Below are positions 61,395 through 64,000 of a stretch of 64,000 bases of DNA, one piece after another. A program made the translations under genes and the position numbers. Source of the stretch: Carcharhinus longimanus (Eukaryota); the NCBI GenBank assembly GCA_030264375.1, contig JASCQW010000146.1, positions 31,998,606 through 32,062,605 on the forward strand, written 5' to 3'. The notes under the pieces were generated by a model, which saw only the letters and a program-made list of their open reading frames with translations, was not told the DNA's origin and ran no database searches. How positions within the stretch are numbered: position 1 is the first letter of the stretch; each line of letters begins with the position of its first letter.

Positions 61395-62570
61395 AGATTC
61401 TATCTAACTCCTATCCTTCACTCCCCCTAAGTCACTATCAGAAAGCACTTCAGTCTCCCACAGTGTTCTTGACTCCGTGAGAGGGTATTGAAGACATAGA
61501 CTCATCTTTTCAACAGAAGACAATAACATTAGTGTCATGGGATAACAGCTTGGCATGACTGCTGCCAAACCGGGCTGTGACCTCTGTGATATCCGAACTG
61601 TAAAGGTCATGAAAACGTTTCAATGAAAAAACTGATTCGAGAGAGGTCAGATAACCACACTCTTTCAACCAGGAAGAGAACAAACTAGCATCCCTCTCTG
61701 AAATCTTCCAATCCTGCTTAGTACATCAAAGAAAGGTCGGAGAGAATAAAGCGTCTTCAACTCAATGAGGAATTGTCATCGTCCACTGAGAATAAAACAT
61801 GTTCAATTTCTGAGATTTGAATAAATCTGCAAGATGAGAAGAATGGTGAATGTTGGCAGACATTTGCAGGAAATGAGGAAACTATTACTTTCCTACTATG
61901 CTCAACGTACTACTTATATTTCCTGTTAGTAGTGATAACATTGCCACATTTGCTCCAGTGTGAGGCTGCTCTATTGCAGACAACAGAATGACCGTGTCAA
62001 CAAGGCAACATCATCTTTAGCTGTGGAATGAATCTCCACAGCTGAATACAAATGAAATTCCTCGATATGACTCTTCAGGTTGAGAAGCTCTGCAGTTTTC
62101 TCCTCTGAAAAATTAATTTAGTGGAAGGATGACTTGTGGATGGGATTGAAGTCTAGGCATCAACTTACTTCCCCCCAAACTAATAAGCTCTGCTGTCATT
62201 CTGGCAGTTTGATCCAACTTGGAATCAAACATTCTATTCTCCCTGGACAGTCATTGTGGTCAGCCCATGATTTAAAATGACTCCCCTTGGTGGGTTCAGT
62301 GGGATAAATAGCCAAATTCAGCTCTGCAGCAGCTGACTTCTTAAATGAGACAACAAAAACTTTATCTTTGGGCAATAGATTCAAAGGGCAAAATAATCTC
62401 CAGTACTTCATCCTCTGACAGATCAGCCATTGCTTCAAAGTTTCTTTCCCATAACCTTCTTCAGGAAAGACTCAACTCGAGAATCCAGAAGTTCCTCCAG
62501 TGGATGGTTATTGTCTTCAACACAGTCAGTCTGCAAAAAGAACTGAACAATCTCATCCTGGGGCCCAGTC
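61395..62570 (+). pseudogene. possible large decayed exon
   Basis: Unique, coding-like S/E/N-rich stretches (LNEELSSSTENKTCSISEI; PSSGKTQLENPEVPPVDG), but stop density near random. Confidence 0.25.
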
Positions 62571-62573
62571 AAT

Positions 62574-62858
62574 GGGTGACATGGTGAGCACTGATGCCTC
62601 ACAGTGCCAGGGACTCGGGTTCAATTCCAGCCTTGGCTGACTGTCTGTATGGGATTTGTATGTTCTCCCAGTGCCTGCATGGCTTTCCGCTGGATGCTCC
62701 GGTTTCCTCCCAGATGTGCAGACTAGGTTGACTGGCCATGCTAAAGTGTCGAGGGAGTAGCAGGGGAAATACGTGAGGTTACGGGGATGGGAGTTTTGCT
62801 GGTGCAGCCTCAATGGGCCGAATGGCCTCCTTCTGCAGTGTAGAGATTCTATGATTCT
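62574..62858 (+). mobile_element. HE1-type V-SINE, tail type A
   Basis: Full copy with internal deletions. Confidence 0.9.
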
Positions 62859-63379
62859 GTAATAAAGAGTGACTCGTAACTCAATGAATAAACCGCACTA
62901 GCTGCTGTTGAATCAAAATCCGTCAGTTCTGCGCGCACCATTGGAAATTCCTCTTTCATTGGTGTCTCGCTATCCTGCCGTCGGGTTTTGTCTGCATTTT
63001 TAAAAGACCCAGCTGTTTACATGCATTTCTGCTCAGATAGATGGGCTTTAAATGTGCGAGATATAGAGGATGTTGATAATGTCCTGCCCCTTGAGGCTGA
63101 GATGATGGTTATCTGATCATTTACTTGAAGACCTGTCCCACTTTCGCCTTGTAACTTAATTCTTGATGGCTGGAGTTATTCCAAATAACCAGCCAGTACT
63201 TGCACAATGGCATCAGTATCCAAGTTTGAACTCTGTTATAAGTCAAATTAATAATTGTTGTTCAGTAGCGTTCATTTCTAGGATACCTGTATTCTCATTG
63301 TTCTCTTTAGTCCCAGTTTCCTGGATTGTTCACTTTTCATAAACATTCTCTTGCTTTCTTCCTTTTACTGCATAATTAG

Positions 63380-63631
63380 ATTGACAGAACGGCTTTAAGT
63401 GTCCCGTCCTTTACATTGGATACATCCTGCACCTCTTTCAGGACAATTTTGCCTTCAGTGCTCCAAGGTGTGGTTACCTTAAAATGGCTGCTATGGGGTT
63501 TCCTGCTCTTTCCCCTGTTTTTGACTGTCTTTTGAGTGGGCTTTGCTGCCATCTTTGGATCGACCCAACTAACAGACTCATCTGAAGTCTTGGTATTTCC
63601 ATGGATTGTGAAGTTACAAGACAATAATAAG
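63380..63631 (+). pseudogene. candidate terminal exon encoding transmembrane helix and short tail
   Basis: Polypyrimidine acceptor; 84 codons with one TGA (63533): ...KWLLWGFLLFPLFLTVF*VGFAAIFGSTQLTDSSEVLVFPWIVKLQDNNK. Confidence 0.5.
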
Positions 63632-64000
63632 GCCACGCTTGGAATACAGTGTCTTGTTCTGGTCACCCTATTATAGAAAGGGTATTATTAAACTGCAAAG
63701 ATTGCAGAAAAAATTAACTAAGATGCTACTGCGACTTGATGGTTTGAGTTATAAGGAGAGGCTGGCTAGACTGGGACTTTTTTTTCCTCCCCCTGAAGCC
63801 CAGGAGACTGAGGGTCTATAAAATAATGAGGGGCACAGATCAGCTAGACAGTCAACATCTTCACCCATAGGTAGAGGAGTCTAAAACTAGAGGACATAGG
63901 TTTAAGGTGAGAGAGGAGAGATTCAAAAGGGTCCAGAGGGGCAATTTTTTCACACAGAGAGTAATGAGTGTCTGGAACAAACTGCCAGAGGTAGTAGTAG
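63628..64000 (+). mobile_element. CR1 LINE 3' fragment
   Basis: RPRLEYSVLFWSPYYRKGIIKLQRLQKKLTKML...LSYKERLARLGLF. Confidence 0.92.

Noticed and set aside
63376-63666. 96-aa minus-strand ORF as a real CDS
   Set aside because: Starts inside CR1 sequence and has no minus-strand acceptor, whereas the plus strand has an acceptor and compatible phase; not fully excluded

Overview
Vertebrate nuclear DNA, almost certainly elasmobranch (shark): about 25 copies of the HE1-type V-SINE, plus a DeuSINE, CR1, L2, Rex1/Babar, Vingi and Penelope-like retroelements and PIF/Harbinger-like non-autonomous DNA elements. The draft assembly has many N gaps. No intact protein-coding gene and no CRISPR array is present, and most listed ORFs are repeat-derived. 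Three things are not explained by the repeats. (1) The unique sequence between repeats holds more than 20 plus-strand exon-like segments with canonical splice sites, a strong phase-1 start bias and scattered premature stops. They end in a transmembrane plus possibly KASH-like tail cut by a CR1 insertion, which suggests a large decayed (unitary pseudo)gene that I cannot name. (2) Three distinct families of short Penelope-derived repeats carry minimal hammerhead-ribozyme cores in tandem and inverted arrangements. (3) A genomic (apparently non-processed) rpl23a exon fossil has a candidate C/D snoRNA remnant upstream. A 5' U2 snRNA fragment, a tRNA-Ala(AGC) pseudogene and a 6x30-bp minisatellite are also present. 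All calls come from manual reading, and repeat boundaries are approximate (about +/-10-30 bp).
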